Positions 10,366 to 20,358 are shown, counted from the first letter of the stretch. The stretch is 64,000 nucleotides of DNA from an uncultured Actinomycetota bacterium (GCA_963707555.1 CAVPQM010000002.1:28690-92689); one strand, 5' to 3'. Notes: generated by a model from the sequence alone, not told the origin. Translations and numbers: made by a program.

Positions 10366-11142
10366 TCAGTGCAGGTGGTCGGTCCAGGTCGTGCCGTCCC
10401 AGTAGCGGAGTCGGGTCGAACCCGCCGGGTCGGCGTACCAGCCCGCCACCGGCGCGGCGGGTGTCGGCGCCGGAGGTGCGGGCGGAGGCTGTGGCACCGG
10501 AGCGACGGGTGGCACCGGCGCGACGGGTGGCGCCTGCGCGACCGGCGGCGTGGACAGCTCCGGCATCGGCGTGATCGGCGGCGGAGCCGCGGTCCGGCCG
10601 AGCGGCGCGGTGCCCGATGCACCGGGAGTCGGCCAGGGGTTCGTGTTCGGCGCCGTGCCCACCATGGGCGGCACCGCCGGGCTCGGCGACCAGCCCTGCA
10701 CAGCGCCGTACCCGGACTGAGCGCGCCGCTCGCGGTCGAGCCGACGCTCGGTCGGGAGGTGCTCCGAGGAGCCGAAGGCGAGGATGGGAAGGAAGACCGG
10801 CGAGAACAGGGCCGTGCCGACGCCGAAGGTCGTGCTGCGCCCGAACGACTTGGCGACGTCGTAGAAGATGATGAACGAGACGATGGTGTTGATGCACGGC
10901 ACGAAGCACAGGAAGAACCACCACTCCGGCTTGCCGGCCACCTTGATCAGCGTCCACGTGTTCAGGAACGGGACGATCGCGTACCAGCCCGGCTCCCCGG
11001 CCTTCGTGAAGATCCGCCACATCGAGACGACGACGATCGGGATGGCGGCGAGCACGACGATCGTGAGGATCGCCTGCACCTCCGGGCTCAGCTCGAAGGT
11101 CGAGCTCGACGACTCGAGGTACAACTGGGCCAGGATCGACAT
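10366..11142 (-). CDS. Membrane protein: DUF5684-like N-terminus, proline-rich linker, DUF2510-like C-terminus
   Basis: Intact 258-aa ORF. N-terminus has multi-TM MWRIFTKAGEPGWYAIVPFLNTWTLIKVAGKPEWWFFLCFVP. A PPVAPVPPVAPVP linker follows. C-terminus reads GWYADPAGSTRLRYWDGTTWTDH. Confidence 0.6.
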   Translation of the reverse strand: MSILAQLYLESSSSTFELSPEVQAILTIVVLAAIPIVVVSMWRIFTKAGEPGWYAIVPFLNTWTLIKVAGKPEWWFFLCFVPCINTIVSFIIFYDVAKSFGRSTTFGVGTALFSPVFLPILAFGSSEHLPTERRLDRERRAQSGYGAVQGWSPSPAVPPMVGTAPNTNPWPTPGASGTAPLGRTAAPPPITPMPELSTPPVAQAPPVAPVPPVAPVPQPPPAPPAPTPAAPVAGWYADPAGSTRLRYWDGTTWTDHLH

Positions 11143-11195
11143 CAGCTGAATGTAGCCATGCGAAACGTTGTGTCAGCGGATGACCGACAACCCCC

Positions 11196-11256
11196 GGCAC
11201 TCCGAGATCCGATCCGGATCTGGTGCCGACGCTCCGCATCGGAGTCGGAATTCGGG
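11196..11256. repeat. Copy F of a ~55-nt long-palindrome intergenic repeat family (inverted orientation), 12 nt from the tRNA-Leu 3' end
   Basis: Its reverse complement is cccgaattccgactccgatgcggagcgtcggcaccagatccggatcggatctcggagtgcc. It shares 17 of 17 nt at the left terminus and nearly all of the right terminus with the 36001-36057 copy. Confidence 0.6.
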
Positions 11257-11268
11257 GGCGTCTAGCGG

Positions 11269-11351
11269 TGCCCGGGGTGGGACTTGAACCCACACGCCCT
11301 TTCGGACAGCGGATTTTGAGTCCGCCGCGTCTGCCATTCCGCCACCCGGGC
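11269..11351 (-). tRNA. tRNA-Leu (anticodon CAA)
   Basis: Minus-strand sequence: GCCCGGGTGGCGGAATGGCAGACGCGGCGGACTCAAAATCCGCTGTCCGAAAGGGCGTGTGGGTTCAAGTCCCACCCCGGGCA. It has a 7-bp acceptor stem, anticodon stem GCGGA/TCCGC with loop CTCAAAA, a long variable arm, and T-arm GTGGG-TTCAAGT-CCCAC. CCA is not fully encoded. Confidence 0.9.
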
Positions 11352-11395
11352 CAGGGGTCGAACTCTACCCCGTCGACACGCCCTACCCTGACGTC

Positions 11396-11563
11396 ATGGC
11401 TGACTCCTCGAACCAGAACGACGGCGGATCCCACAAGCTCCGGTGGATCATCCTGATCGCGATCGCGCTCGGCCTGATCACCGCCGGTCGCAAGTGGGCG
11501 CTGTCGAAGTCCGACCAGGAGTTCGAGGAGCGCCTCCGCCTGGCCGACGAGCGCCGGGACTGA
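11396..11563 (+). CDS. Small single-pass membrane protein, 55 aa (below the ORF-track cutoff)
   Basis: Hand translation: MADSSNQNDGGSHKLRWIILIAIALGLITAGRKWALSKSDQEFEERLRLADERRD, then TGA at 11561-11563. One TM helix and high GC3. It fills the gap between the tRNA and bcp. Confidence 0.35.
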   Translation: MADSSNQNDGGSHKLRWIILIAIALGLITAGRKWALSKSDQEFEERLRLADERRD

Positions 11564-11581
11564 GCCACGGCGCTCGCCGAC

Positions 11582-12040
11582 TCAGTCGGCGAGCGCCTTG
11601 AGCAGCTTGAGCGGGGTGTCCTTCGGGCTGATCTTGTACCAGGCCTGCTCGATCTTGCCGGACTCGTCGATCAGGAACGACGAGCGGATGATGCCCATGT
11701 ACTCCTTGCCGTAGAGCTTCTTCTCGCCCCACACGCCGTACTTCTCGGCGGTGGCGTGCTCCGGGTCGGACAGCAGCGTGAAGCCCAGCTCGTGCTTGTC
11801 GTCGAAGCGCGCGAGCTTCTCGGGCTGGTCCGGGCTGATCCCGATGACGACGGTGTCGCCGATCTCGGTGGCCACGTCCCTCAGTCCACACGCCTGCGTG
11901 GTGCAGCCGGGCGTGTCGGCCTTCGGGTAGAAGAACACGAGCACCTTGCGCCCCTTGAAGGACGACAGTCGCACCGTGGTGCCCGTCTGGTCCTTCAGTC
12001 CGAACGCGGGTGCCTTGTCGCCGACCGTGAGCTGTGCCAT
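11582..12040 (-). CDS. bcp: Thioredoxin-dependent thiol peroxidase (peroxiredoxin Bcp)
   Basis: Intact 152-aa ORF with the peroxidatic Cys motif FFYPKADTPGCTTQAC. Confidence 0.9.
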   Translation of the reverse strand: MAQLTVGDKAPAFGLKDQTGTTVRLSSFKGRKVLVFFYPKADTPGCTTQACGLRDVATEIGDTVVIGISPDQPEKLARFDDKHELGFTLLSDPEHATAEKYGVWGEKKLYGKEYMGIIRSSFLIDESGKIEQAWYKISPKDTPLKLLKALAD

Positions 12041-12191
12041 CAGGCGATGATAGAGGGCGCACGACCGTTGTCATGGCACCTGTCATCGCACCGGGCATGG
12101 CATCCGTCACGGGCATCGGTCGGTCCATCGAGGGCGCCACGACTCCGTACGGCGGGAACTCGTCCGTCCCGGCGGAACGCGTCCGGAACGA

Positions 12192-12227
12192 CGAACGGGG
12201 CCGCCCCCGCAGGGACGGCCCCGTTCG
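12192..12227 (-). terminator. Stem-loop downstream of hup (12-bp perfect stem)
   Basis: cgaacggggccg (12192-12203), a 12-nt loop, cggccccgttcg (12216-12227). It sits 53 nt after the hup stop. The minus-strand 3' flank is TCGTTCC. Confidence 0.6.
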
Positions 12228-12279
12228 ATTGCATCAGGACCGCTCGCTCAGACCCCAGCGGCAGAGCGGGCGATCGAGA

Positions 12280-12564
12280 TCACTTGCCGGTCTTGGCGCG
12301 GGTCTTGAGCTTGGCGCCCGCGGTGACCTTGGCGGCGTTGGTCGCGGCGACCTGCAGGGTCTCACCCGTCTGCGGGTTGCGGCCCGTACGAGCAGCGCGG
12401 TGCGTCTGCTCGAACTTGAGGAAGCCCGGGATGGTCAGGGTCTCCTTGCCCTTCGCCACGACGTCGCCTGCGATCTCCTCGAACGTGTCGAGAACGGACT
12501 GGACGTCCTTCTTCGCGATGTCGGTGCGCTGGGCGATGGTCTCGATGAGTTCGGTCTTGTTCAT
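12280..12564 (-). CDS. hup: Nucleoid-associated DNA-binding protein HU
   Basis: Intact 94-aa ORF: MNKTELIETIAQRTDIAKKDVQSVL ... RAARTGRNPQTGETLQV. A strong SD (ccaGGAGGtatccacATG) and an AT-richer upstream region are present. Confidence 0.9.
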   Translation of the reverse strand: MNKTELIETIAQRTDIAKKDVQSVLDTFEEIAGDVVAKGKETLTIPGFLKFEQTHRAARTGRNPQTGETLQVAATNAAKVTAGAKLKTRAKTGK

Positions 12565-12733
12565 GTGGATACCTCCTGGTCGTTCCTCCCGCGAGGGACG
12601 ACCCCACGAGTGCGTTGACGTCGGCCGACGCCAAATTCCATTGATGTAACTACCACGATCCTACGCCAAATGCGAACAGAAACCCTTGAAATCACTGGGT
12701 TCTCGCGCGGCGGCCGTGGGCGCCGCGGCGCGA

Positions 12734-13541
12734 TCAGCCGCGGTCGAGCGCGTCGCGGAACGACCCGACGAGCTCCGCGACCGCGTCCGGGGATCCGGTT
12801 TCGAGCGCGCGCCGGACGATGGCGGACCCGACCACGACGCCGTCCGCGACCTCGCAGACCTCGACGGCCTGCTGCGGCGTCGAGATGCCCACACCGACCA
12901 GGACCGGCCGCGACGGTCAACGCCTTGGTGCGCGCCGCGATGACCCGCGCCGACGCGGCGAGCTGCTCGCGTTCACCGGTGATGCCGAGCAGACCGACGG
13001 CGTAGACGAACCCGCGTGCCCGTGCGACGACGCGCTCGAGGCGCTCGTCCGATGCGGTGGGCGCGGCGAGCATGACCGTCTCGACCCCGGCCGCGTCCGC
13101 CAGCTCGCACCACTCCCCCGCCTCCTCGAGCGGGAGGTCCGGCAGGATCGCCGCGGACACCGACGACTCGACGAGGGTCTGGGCGAATCGCTCGTAGCCG
13201 AAGCGGTAGACGAGGTTCACGTAGGTCATCACCGCGAGCGGCACGTCGACGTCGAGTCGGGCGAGCGCGTCGAGGATGCCCGGCGGCGTCGCGCCGGCCG
13301 CGAGCGCTCGATCGGACGCCTCCTGGATGACGGGTCCGTCCATCACCGGATCCGAGAACGGGATGCCGACCTCGATGCCGTCGGCACCCGCCGAGGCGAC
13401 CGCAGAGATCGTCGTGGTCCAGTCGTCGAGCCCACCGGTCAGGTACGGCACCAGACACTTGCCGCCGCTGGCGATGCGGTGCTCGAGCGAGGCCTCGAGG
13501 CTGGCGCGCGGCAACCACGTGGTCGGATCCAGCTCGGTCAC
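12734..13541 (-). CDS. trpA: Tryptophan synthase alpha chain (1 apparent frameshift near 12915)
   Basis: ORF 12561..13541 is TrpA-like up to ...AARTKALT (motifs [30 protein letters not shown]). The hand-translated third frame continues [58 protein letters not shown], ending at TGA 12734-12736. The GTG start overlaps the trpB stop (GTGA). Confidence 0.85.
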
Positions 13542-14713
13542 AGCTCACCCCCGAGGATGTCCATCATCTGCGCGACGTCCTTGTCGCCGCGGCCCGACAG
13601 GTTGACCACGACGGTCCGTCCTCTCAGTCGGTCCCGTTCGCGAGCCACCCATGCCACGGCGTGCGCGGACTCCAGGGCGGGGATGATGCCCTCGGTGCGC
13701 GACAGCAGCTTGAACGCCTCGATCACCTCGGCGTCGGTCACGGGCTCGTACGACGCCCGCTGCGACGCCGCCAGGTGGGCGTGCTCGGGCCCCACGCCCG
13801 GGTAGTCGAGCCCCGCCGAGATCGAGTGGGCCTCGAGCACCTGCCCGAACTCGTCCTGCATCAGGTACGACTTCATGCCGTGCACGATGCCGGGCACGCC
13901 GTGGCCGACCGCTGCGCCGCCGGCAGGTTCGACGCCGATCAGCTCGACGTCGTGGTCCTCGGCGAACCCGGAGAAGATGCCGGCGGCGTTCGACCCGCCG
14001 CCGACGCAGGCGACGACGACGTCGGGGCGTCCCGTGGGGTGATCCGGGCCGAGTCGTTCACGGCACTGCTCGGCGGCCTCGTCGCCGATGACCCGGTGGA
14101 ACTCGCGCACCATCCACGGGTACGGGTGCGGACCCATGACCGAGCCCAGGCAGTAGTGGGTGTCCTCGACCGCCGAGACCCAGTAGCGCATCGCCTCGTT
14201 CACGGCGTCCTTGAGCGTGCGGCTGCCCGACACCGCGGGGGTGACCTCGGCGCCGAGCAGGCGCATCCGGAACACGTTGAGCTCCTGGCGCACCATGTCG
14301 ACCTCGCCCATGTAGACGAGGCACTCCATGCCCATCAGCGCAGCGGCCGTCGCCGTCGCCACGCCGTGCTGGCCCGCGCCGGTCTCGGCGACCAGGCGGG
14401 TCTTGCCCATCCGCTTCGCCAGCAGCGCCTGGCCGAGCACGTTGTTGATCTTGTGCGAACCGGTGTGGTTCAGGTCCTCACGCTTGAGCAGGACCCGACA
14501 GCCCAGCTCGTCGCCGAGGCGCTGGCACTCGGTCAGCGGACTCGGCCGGCCGGCGTACTCGGTGAGCAGGTGGTCGAGCTCGGCGCGGAACGCCGGATCG
14601 GCCCAGGCCTCGCGGAACGCGGCGTCGAGCTCCTGCAGGGCCGGCACCAGGGTCTCGGGGACGTAGGTCCCGCCGAACTCGCCGAACCGTCCGTGCTGAC
14701 CGGGGTCGCCCAT
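13538..14713 (-). CDS. trpB: Tryptophan synthase beta chain
   Basis: Within ORF 13538..14962, with likely start ATG 14713 ([22 protein letters not shown]). PLP-lysine motif [11 protein letters not shown], plus GGGSNAAG. No frameshift. Confidence 0.92.
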   Translation of the reverse strand: MGDPGQHGRFGEFGGTYVPETLVPALQELDAAFREAWADPAFRAELDHLLTEYAGRPSPLTECQRLGDELGCRVLLKREDLNHTGSHKINNVLGQALLAKRMGKTRLVAETGAGQHGVATATAAALMGMECLVYMGEVDMVRQELNVFRMRLLGAEVTPAVSGSRTLKDAVNEAMRYWVSAVEDTHYCLGSVMGPHPYPWMVREFHRVIGDEAAEQCRERLGPDHPTGRPDVVVACVGGGSNAAGIFSGFAEDHDVELIGVEPAGGAAVGHGVPGIVHGMKSYLMQDEFGQVLEAHSISAGLDYPGVGPEHAHLAASQRASYEPVTDAEVIEAFKLLSRTEGIIPALESAHAVAWVARERDRLRGRTVVVNLSGRGDKDVAQMMDILGGEL

Positions 14714-14792
14714 CGTGTCGATCACGCTGGCAAGGTACCGCTCGCGGCGCGCCCCACCGAAACGAGATCCGACCGAGGCCGGGCCCGCGACC

Positions 14793-15465
14793 TCAGATGC
14801 CGAGCTCGCCCCAGTCGAAGGGACCGTCGCGGTCGGGGGTGCGTTCCTCGTGGCCCGCAGCGGCCGCACGGGCGGCGTGGATGAACGCCTGCACCTTCGA
14901 GCGCGTCCTTCCGGCTCGGGTCGCCGTCGACCTGGACGCCGGTCGAGACGTCGACACCCCATGGACGCACCCGGCCGATCGCCGTGGCGACGTTGTCGGG
15001 GTCGAGTCCCCCGGCGAGCAGCAGTCGTCGGTTGACCGGCACCCCGTCGGTGAGGGACCAGTCGAACACCTGCCCGGATCCGGGAGCGGGTGAGTCGAGG
15101 AGGATCGCGTCGGCGCCGTAGTCGTCGACCTTGGCCAGACCGGGATCGCCCGCGGGGAACGCCACGACCAGCGCCTGCACGTAGGGACGCACCTCGGCGG
15201 CGTCGGCCGGGGTCTCGTGACCGTGCAGCTGGGCGCCGCGCAGCCCGGCGGACTGGACGGTGTCGATCACGAACTGCGGCGACTGGTCGCGGAAGACGCC
15301 GACGGTCAGGATCTCGGAGGGCAGACGCCGCACGATGTCGCGCACCTGCCCGGCGCTCACCTGCCGCGGACTCGGGGCGAACACGAAGCCGATCGCGTCC
15401 GCGCCGAGGGCGACGGCCATGAGCGCGTCCTCCTCGTTCGTGACACCGCAGATCTTGATGAACAC
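14793..15465 (-). CDS. trpF: Phosphoribosylanthranilate isomerase (1 apparent frameshift near 14899)
   Basis: ORF 14722..15465 begins [36 protein letters not shown], with [15 protein letters not shown] and [10 protein letters not shown]. After ...GDPSRKDAL the hand-translated frame gives [34 protein letters not shown], then TGA 14793-14795. Confidence 0.8.
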
Positions 15466-15534
15466 GCCGGGAAGGCTACCGGTCGCCGCGGCGGCCGCCG
15501 TGGAGGGTCCACGCGACCTCGGCGGCTCGGGGGT

Positions 15535-16323
15535 TCAGGTGGCGGTCTCGACGCGGAGCGCGTCGAGCGCCGCAGCGGGATCGCCCGAGGTCACCAGGTG
15601 CTCGCCGACGAGCACCGCGTGGTAGCCGGCGGCGGCGAGCGCGATGGCGTCGTCACGGCCCCGTACGCCGGACTCCGCGACCCGCACGGTGTCGCCGGGC
15701 ATCTCGGCCGCGACGCGCACCGCCCTGGCCTGGTCGACCTGGAACGTCACCAGGTCGCGCTGGTTCACCCCGACGAGCCGGGTCCGGGTGTGCGCGAGCG
15801 CCCGTTCGAGCTCCGCCTCGTCGTGCACCTCGACGAGTGCGTCCAGACCGAGCTCGTCGGCCAGCGCAGCGAAGTCGCGCAGCTCGACGTCGTCGAGCGC
15901 CGCGGCGATCAACAGGACGCAGTCCGCCCCCATCAGCCGGGCGTCGACCACGTCGTTGGCGCTCACCGTGAAGTCCTTGCGCAACACCGGCAGCTCGACG
16001 GCGCCGCGGGCCGCGGCGAGGTCGTCGGCGGAGCCGCCGAAGTGGTCCTCGTCGGTCAGGACCGACAGGCAGCTCGCGCCGCCGTCGCGGTACTGCTCGG
16101 CGAGCGCCGCTGGATCGAGGTCGACGGCCAGGTCACCCTTCGACGGGGAACGCCGCTTGACCTCGGAGATCACCCGCAGGCGATCACCGGTCGCGAGTGC
16201 GTCGCGGAAGCCCCTGGCGGGGTCGAGGTCGCCGCAGCGCTCGATGAGCTGGTCGGTGCGGCGGGAGTCCGCCGCGGCTCGGGCGCGGTGGGCCTCGAGG
16301 ATCCGGTCGAGATAGGTGGCCAT
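15535..16323 (-). CDS. trpC: Indole-3-glycerol phosphate synthase
   Basis: Within ORF 15535..16410, start ATG 16323 (MATYLDRILEAHR). Motifs: VISEVKRRSPSKG, LSVLTDEDHFGGS, LRKDF, LVEVHDEAEL, GVNQRDL. Confidence 0.9.
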   Translation of the reverse strand: MATYLDRILEAHRARAAADSRRTDQLIERCGDLDPARGFRDALATGDRLRVISEVKRRSPSKGDLAVDLDPAALAEQYRDGGASCLSVLTDEDHFGGSADDLAAARGAVELPVLRKDFTVSANDVVDARLMGADCVLLIAAALDDVELRDFAALADELGLDALVEVHDEAELERALAHTRTRLVGVNQRDLVTFQVDQARAVRVAAEMPGDTVRVAESGVRGRDDAIALAAAGYHAVLVGEHLVTSGDPAAALDALRVETAT

Positions 16324-16334
16324 CGCCGTCGACG

Positions 16335-16904
16335 CTAGTGCCGGCGCTGGGACCGCTCTTCCACGATCTGGCTGCGGAACATCGCCACCACCGGGGCCCC
16401 GACGAAGCACAGCGCCGAGAAGCCCAGCGCACCCAGACCGAGTGCGGTCAACGCATCGATGCCGGTGGTGAGGCTGACCACGACGAGCACGATCCCGATG
16501 ACGAACAACGCGGGTGGGGCGATCAGCAGCGACCGGGGCGGCGCCGTGGCGGGGTCACCCTCGTCGGGTTCGTAGCGCCACGAGTCGTCGTCGTCCTCGT
16601 CCTCGTCGAAGTACGGCGTGAACGCGCTCGACGGACGGTGGATGACCGGCCCGCTCCCGCCCGACCCGCCGGCACCCGACCCGCCGGCGCGGGTGCGGTC
16701 GTAGGCCTGGCGTGCGGTCTCGACGCCGAGGACCTGCCACGCCGCGTTGACCTCACGCATGCGCCGCTCGGCGTCACGGCGGGTCGCCGGGTCGTCGGTG
16801 GTGTGGAAGTCGGGGTGGTGACGGCGCGCCAGGTCGACGTAGGCGCGCTTGATCTGCTCTGCGCTCGCGTCGCTGCGGACACCCAGCGACTCGTAGTGAT
16901 CCAC
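16335..16904 (-). CDS. J-domain (DnaJ-like) membrane protein
   Basis: C-terminal 189 aa of ORF 16335..17321, from GTG 16904. J-domain: VDHYESLGVRSDASAEQIKRAYVDLARRHHPDFH. Then a Gly/Ser linker and acidic stretch, followed by two predicted TM helices (LLIAPPALFVIGIVLVVVSL, LGLGALGFSALCFVGAPVVAMF). Confidence 0.6.
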   Translation of the reverse strand: MDHYESLGVRSDASAEQIKRAYVDLARRHHPDFHTTDDPATRRDAERRMREVNAAWQVLGVETARQAYDRTRAGGSGAGGSGGSGPVIHRPSSAFTPYFDEDEDDDDSWRYEPDEGDPATAPPRSLLIAPPALFVIGIVLVVVSLTTGIDALTALGLGALGFSALCFVGAPVVAMFRSQIVEERSQRRH

Positions 16905-16972
16905 CCCGCCATCGTAGGACCGGCGCCTCGATCGGGCAGCGGCGCCGCGACTGCGGATCGGACCGCCCCTCG

Positions 16973-17907
16973 TCAGCCCGGCACGAGCGGCAGTTCGCGC
17001 ACCTGCACCGCAGCGACGGTCTCGTCGCCGTCCGCTGCGGACCAGCGCAGCTCCGCCTCGCAGGGCACCTCGACCGAGCGGTGCACGTAGCCGAGCGCGA
17101 CGGGCGCCCGCAGGTCGAGTGACTCCCCGACGCTCGTCAGCGACCCTCGGACCTGACCGTCGACGACGAGCTCGGCGCCGACGGGCGGCAGCACGTTCGT
17201 TCCGAGCACCACGCCACGGAGGTGTCGAGGCGTGTTGTTGCCCCGCGAGTCGACGCGTGCCACCAGCTCCTGACCCGTGTAGCAGCCCTTGGTGAAGCTG
17301 ACCGACGCGTCGATGAGCCACTGGCCCGCCTCACCGGGGATCACCGAGTCGTCGAGCTCGTGGCCCATCGCCGGCCAGCCCTGCTCGATGCGCACGTTGT
17401 GCACCGCCTGCAGTGTGGCTCACCGGCACACCGGCGGGCAGCTCGACCTCGGGTCCCAACAGGTCGACCCCGGGCAGTCCCCGCCAGTCGACCGTCGCGA
17501 CGACGGCCGCGTCGACACCGGACAGGTCGACGGTCGCCGACGCCGGTCCGCGCAGCGCCACACCACGCCACTCGAGCGGTTCGATCGTGGCGTCCACGCG
17601 GAGCTTGAACCGCTCGAGTCGCTCCACGACGGCCGCACCCGCTCCCCCGTCGACGTCGAGCAGCACCTGGTCGTCGGCCGAGCCGCGAGACCCGCAGCCA
17701 CGCCACGACCTTGCCCTGGGGCTGCAGCAGCAGCGACCAGGCGTGCGCACCGACCGGCAGCGCCGCGACGTCGGCCGACAGCTGTCCCTGCAGGAAGCTC
17801 ACGGCATCGGCGCCCTGCACTCGCAGCACGTCGCGGTGGTACTCGAATGCGGCGACGGCCCGTCGCAGTGCCAGGTAGCTCTCGGTCACGTCCAACACGT
17901 CGCTCAT
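16973..17907 (-). CDS. ygfZ: Folate-binding protein YgfZ / GcvT-family protein (2 apparent frameshifts near 17690 and 17415)
   Basis: Three pieces join in order: 17341..17907 (N-terminus LRVQGADAVSFLQGQLS), 17331..17750 (middle) and 16973..17404 (C-terminus IEQGWPAMGHELDDSVIPGEAGQWLIDASVSFTKGCYTGQELVARVDSRG). Confidence 0.7.
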
Positions 17908-17922
17908 CCCACCAGTGTGGTG

Positions 17923-19497
17923 TCAGCGGCGGGACCGGGCGGCGCGGCGCTGTGCGGTGAGCGCCTCGGCCGGTTCGATCGCGCACAGCAGCGCCTTGGC
18001 CTTGTTGCGCGTCTCGAGCTCCTCGTCGGCCGGCACGGAGTCGGCGACCACTCCGGCGCCCGCCTGGACCGACGCTCGACGGCGCCCGTCGGGACCGGGC
18101 GGGTCGACGACCATGGTCCGGATCGCGATCGCGGTGTCGATGCGACCGCTGAAGTCGACGTACCCGACGACACCGGCGTACGGGCCACGGCGCACCGGTT
18201 CGAGCTCGTCGATGATCTCCATCGCCCGCACCTTCGGCGCGCCCGACACGGTGCCCGCCGGCAGCGTCGCCCTCAGCACGTCGATCGGGGTGCGCCCCTG
18301 GGCCAGCTCGCCCGACACCTGCGAGGTGAGGTGCATGACGTGGCTGTAGCGCTCCAGCGTCATCAGCTCGTCGACGCCGCACGTGCCGAACTCCACGACC
18401 CGGCCGACGTCGTTGCGGGCCAGGTCGACCAACATGATGTGCTCGGCGCGTTCCTTGGGGTGCTCCATGAGCTCGGCGGCGAGCTGGCGGTCGTGCTCGT
18501 CGGTCCGACCTCGGAAGCGGGTGCCGGCGATCGGCCGGGAGATGACCCGGTCGTCGATGAGCTGCACCATCGGCTCGGGCGAGCAGCCCACCAGGGTCAC
18601 CTCGTCCTCACGCACGTAGTACATGTACGGGCTCGGGTTGATCCGCCGCAGCACCCGGTAGACGTCGAGCGGGTCGGCGTCGATGTCGACGTCGAAGCGC
18701 TGCGACAGCACGACCTGGAAGATGTCGCCCGAGAGGATGTACTCCTTCGCGGCGCTCACCGCGGCCTCGTACATGCCGGGCCCCATGGTCGACTCGACGT
18801 CGGGGACCTGGCCGGCGACGGGTGCCTCGACGAGCGGCTCGTCGAGCGGCTGCGCGCCATCGGCCGCCATCTGGTCGAGCGCGGCGAGCGCCCGGTCGTA
18901 CTCGGCGTCGATCGCCGCGTCGTCGGCGCCCTCGTCGACGAAGCCACTGACGATGAGCGTGGCGTGCTGGCTCCAGTGGTCGTACGCCGCGAGCTCTCCG
19001 ATGACCGACAGCACGGCATCGGGCCATCCGCGGTCGTCGTCGGGCGCGTCGGGCAAGCGCTCGACCTCACGCACGACGTCGTAGCCCAGGTAGCCGATGA
19101 CCCCGGAGTGCAGCGGCGGCAGCTCGTCGCCGCCGGGACCGAGCTGGTCGAGCGACGGCGCCCGGTAGTGCTCGACGAGGCCTTCGAGGGTGTCGAGCAC
19201 GCCGGCACCGTCGGCCAGGTCGACCGGCAGCTCGCCGGTCACCGTCACGACGCCGTGGCGCGACACGATCTTCGCCTTGGGGTCACGGCCCACGAACGAC
19301 CAGCGGCTCCACCGGCCGCCGTGGTCGACCGACTCGAGCAGGAACCCGGGGCGGCCCTCGGCGTCGTCGCCGCAGAGTCGGCTGAACGCCGCGACGGGCG
19401 TGGTCATGTCGGCGAGCAGGGTGCGCCAGACGGGAACGACCCGGTGGGTCCTCGCCAGTCGCCGGAACGTCTCGCGATCGGGCTTCGCCGTGCTCAT
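17923..19497 (-). CDS. trpE: Anthranilate synthase component I
   Basis: Within ORF 17923..19728, start ATG 19497 ([14 protein letters not shown]). Chorismate-binding motifs: [37 protein letters not shown]. The start overlaps the hisI stop. No frameshift. Confidence 0.9.
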   Translation of the reverse strand: MSTAKPDRETFRRLARTHRVVPVWRTLLADMTTPVAAFSRLCGDDAEGRPGFLLESVDHGGRWSRWSFVGRDPKAKIVSRHGVVTVTGELPVDLADGAGVLDTLEGLVEHYRAPSLDQLGPGGDELPPLHSGVIGYLGYDVVREVERLPDAPDDDRGWPDAVLSVIGELAAYDHWSQHATLIVSGFVDEGADDAAIDAEYDRALAALDQMAADGAQPLDEPLVEAPVAGQVPDVESTMGPGMYEAAVSAAKEYILSGDIFQVVLSQRFDVDIDADPLDVYRVLRRINPSPYMYYVREDEVTLVGCSPEPMVQLIDDRVISRPIAGTRFRGRTDEHDRQLAAELMEHPKERAEHIMLVDLARNDVGRVVEFGTCGVDELMTLERYSHVMHLTSQVSGELAQGRTPIDVLRATLPAGTVSGAPKVRAMEIIDELEPVRRGPYAGVVGYVDFSGRIDTAIAIRTMVVDPPGPDGRRRASVQAGAGVVADSVPADEELETRNKAKALLCAIEPAEALTAQRRAARSRR

Positions 19498-19859
19498 GCT
19501 CCGAAGTCTCGGAAGAAGCAGCTGTAGGCGCCGGTGTGGCAGGCGCCGTTGCCCTCCTGTTCGACCTGGAACAGCAGCGTGTCGCCGTCGCAGTCGTAGC
19601 TGGCTGTGCGGATGAACTGACGGTCCCCGGACGTGTCGCCCTTGCGCCACACCTCGGAGCGCGAGCGGGACCAGAACACCGTGCGCCCCTGCTCCAGGCT
19701 CATGCGCAGCGTCTCGGCGTTCATCCACGCCATCATCAGCACGGCCTTGGTCTCGACGTCCTGCACGATGGCGGGCACCAGGCCGTCCTCGTTGTAGACG
19801 ACGAGGTCGAGCTCGTCGGTCCGGATCGGGATCGGAGTGACGGCAGGGGCTTCGGACAT
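19494..19859 (-). CDS. hisI: Phosphoribosyl-AMP cyclohydrolase
   Basis: Within ORF 19494..20093, start ATG 19859. Sequence: [26 protein letters not shown] ... [20 protein letters not shown] ... [22 protein letters not shown]. Confidence 0.9.
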   Translation of the reverse strand: MSEAPAVTPIPIRTDELDLVVYNEDGLVPAIVQDVETKAVLMMAWMNAETLRMSLEQGRTVFWSRSRSEVWRKGDTSGDRQFIRTASYDCDGDTLLFQVEQEGNGACHTGAYSCFFRDFGA

Positions 19860-19938
19860 GGCCTCATCGTAGGAGTGCGGAGGAGGCCGGCCGAAACGGG
19901 AATCGGCGGCGGGACGTTGAACCGGGTGAGCGGCCGGC

Positions 19939-20265
19939 TCAGAGGTACAGGCCGGTGTGGCCCTCCTCGAGCCGCTCGGCCGCGACCGCGTGGATGTCCC
20001 GCTCGCGCAGGATGATGAACATCTCGACGCGGACCTCGACCTCGTAGACGTCCTCCGGGTTGAAGAGCACCCGGTCGCCCTCCTGCACGGCACGGACGTT
20101 CGGCCCGACGGCGCGCACCTCGGCCCACGACAGGCGCTTGCCCATCTGTGCGGTCGCGGGGATCAGGATGCCGCCGCTGGAGCGGCGCTCCTCGTCGGCG
20201 GTGTCGAGCTTCACCAGCAGCCGGTCGTTGAGCATCCGCACCGGCAGCTTGTCGTGTCGGCCCAT
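19939..20265 (-). CDS. GroES/Cpn10-family small protein (paralogue with a C-terminal extension)
   Basis: 108-aa ORF: [30 protein letters not shown] ... [25 protein letters not shown] ... [12 protein letters not shown] matches the GroES pattern. The true start may be ATG 20359 if one more indel is present (see findings). Confidence 0.6.
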   Translation of the reverse strand: MGRHDKLPVRMLNDRLLVKLDTADEERRSSGGILIPATAQMGKRLSWAEVRAVGPNVRAVQEGDRVLFNPEDVYEVEVRVEMFIILRERDIHAVAAERLEEGHTGLYL

Positions 20266-20358
20266 CTGCCCCTGGTGACGCGGCTCGGCCGCGGTAGCGG
20301 CCGCGGCGCTCTCGGTTGCCGCACTCGTGGTCCGCGGTGTCGTCGGCGGTCTCGGTCA

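Noticed and set aside
10440-10620. Repeat element inside ORF 10366..11142 (repeated ggcaccggcgcgacgggtgg-like units).
   Set aside because: It encodes an in-frame proline-rich linker (PPVAPVPPVAPVP) between two recognisable domains. This is a low-complexity coding repeat, not a separate feature.
11143-11395. Genomic island integrated at tRNA-Leu.
   Set aside because: There is no integrase, no direct repeat of the tRNA 3' end, and no accessory genes on either side. Only the 61-nt palindromic repeat is present.
12565-12733. Specific -35/-10 promoter call for hup in the AT-richer upstream region (for example TTCGCA, 18 nt, TAGTTA).
   Set aside because: The hexamers are only weak matches and several alternatives exist. 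Without TSS data I cannot support exact coordinates.
14714-14792. Half-copies of the repeat family in the trpF-trpB spacer (ccgaaacgagatccgaccgagg) and the hisI upstream spacer (19860-19938, ccgaaacgggaatcgg).
   Set aside because: Similarity is limited to about 15 nt of GC-rich sequence without the second terminus or a palindromic core. That is too weak to call.
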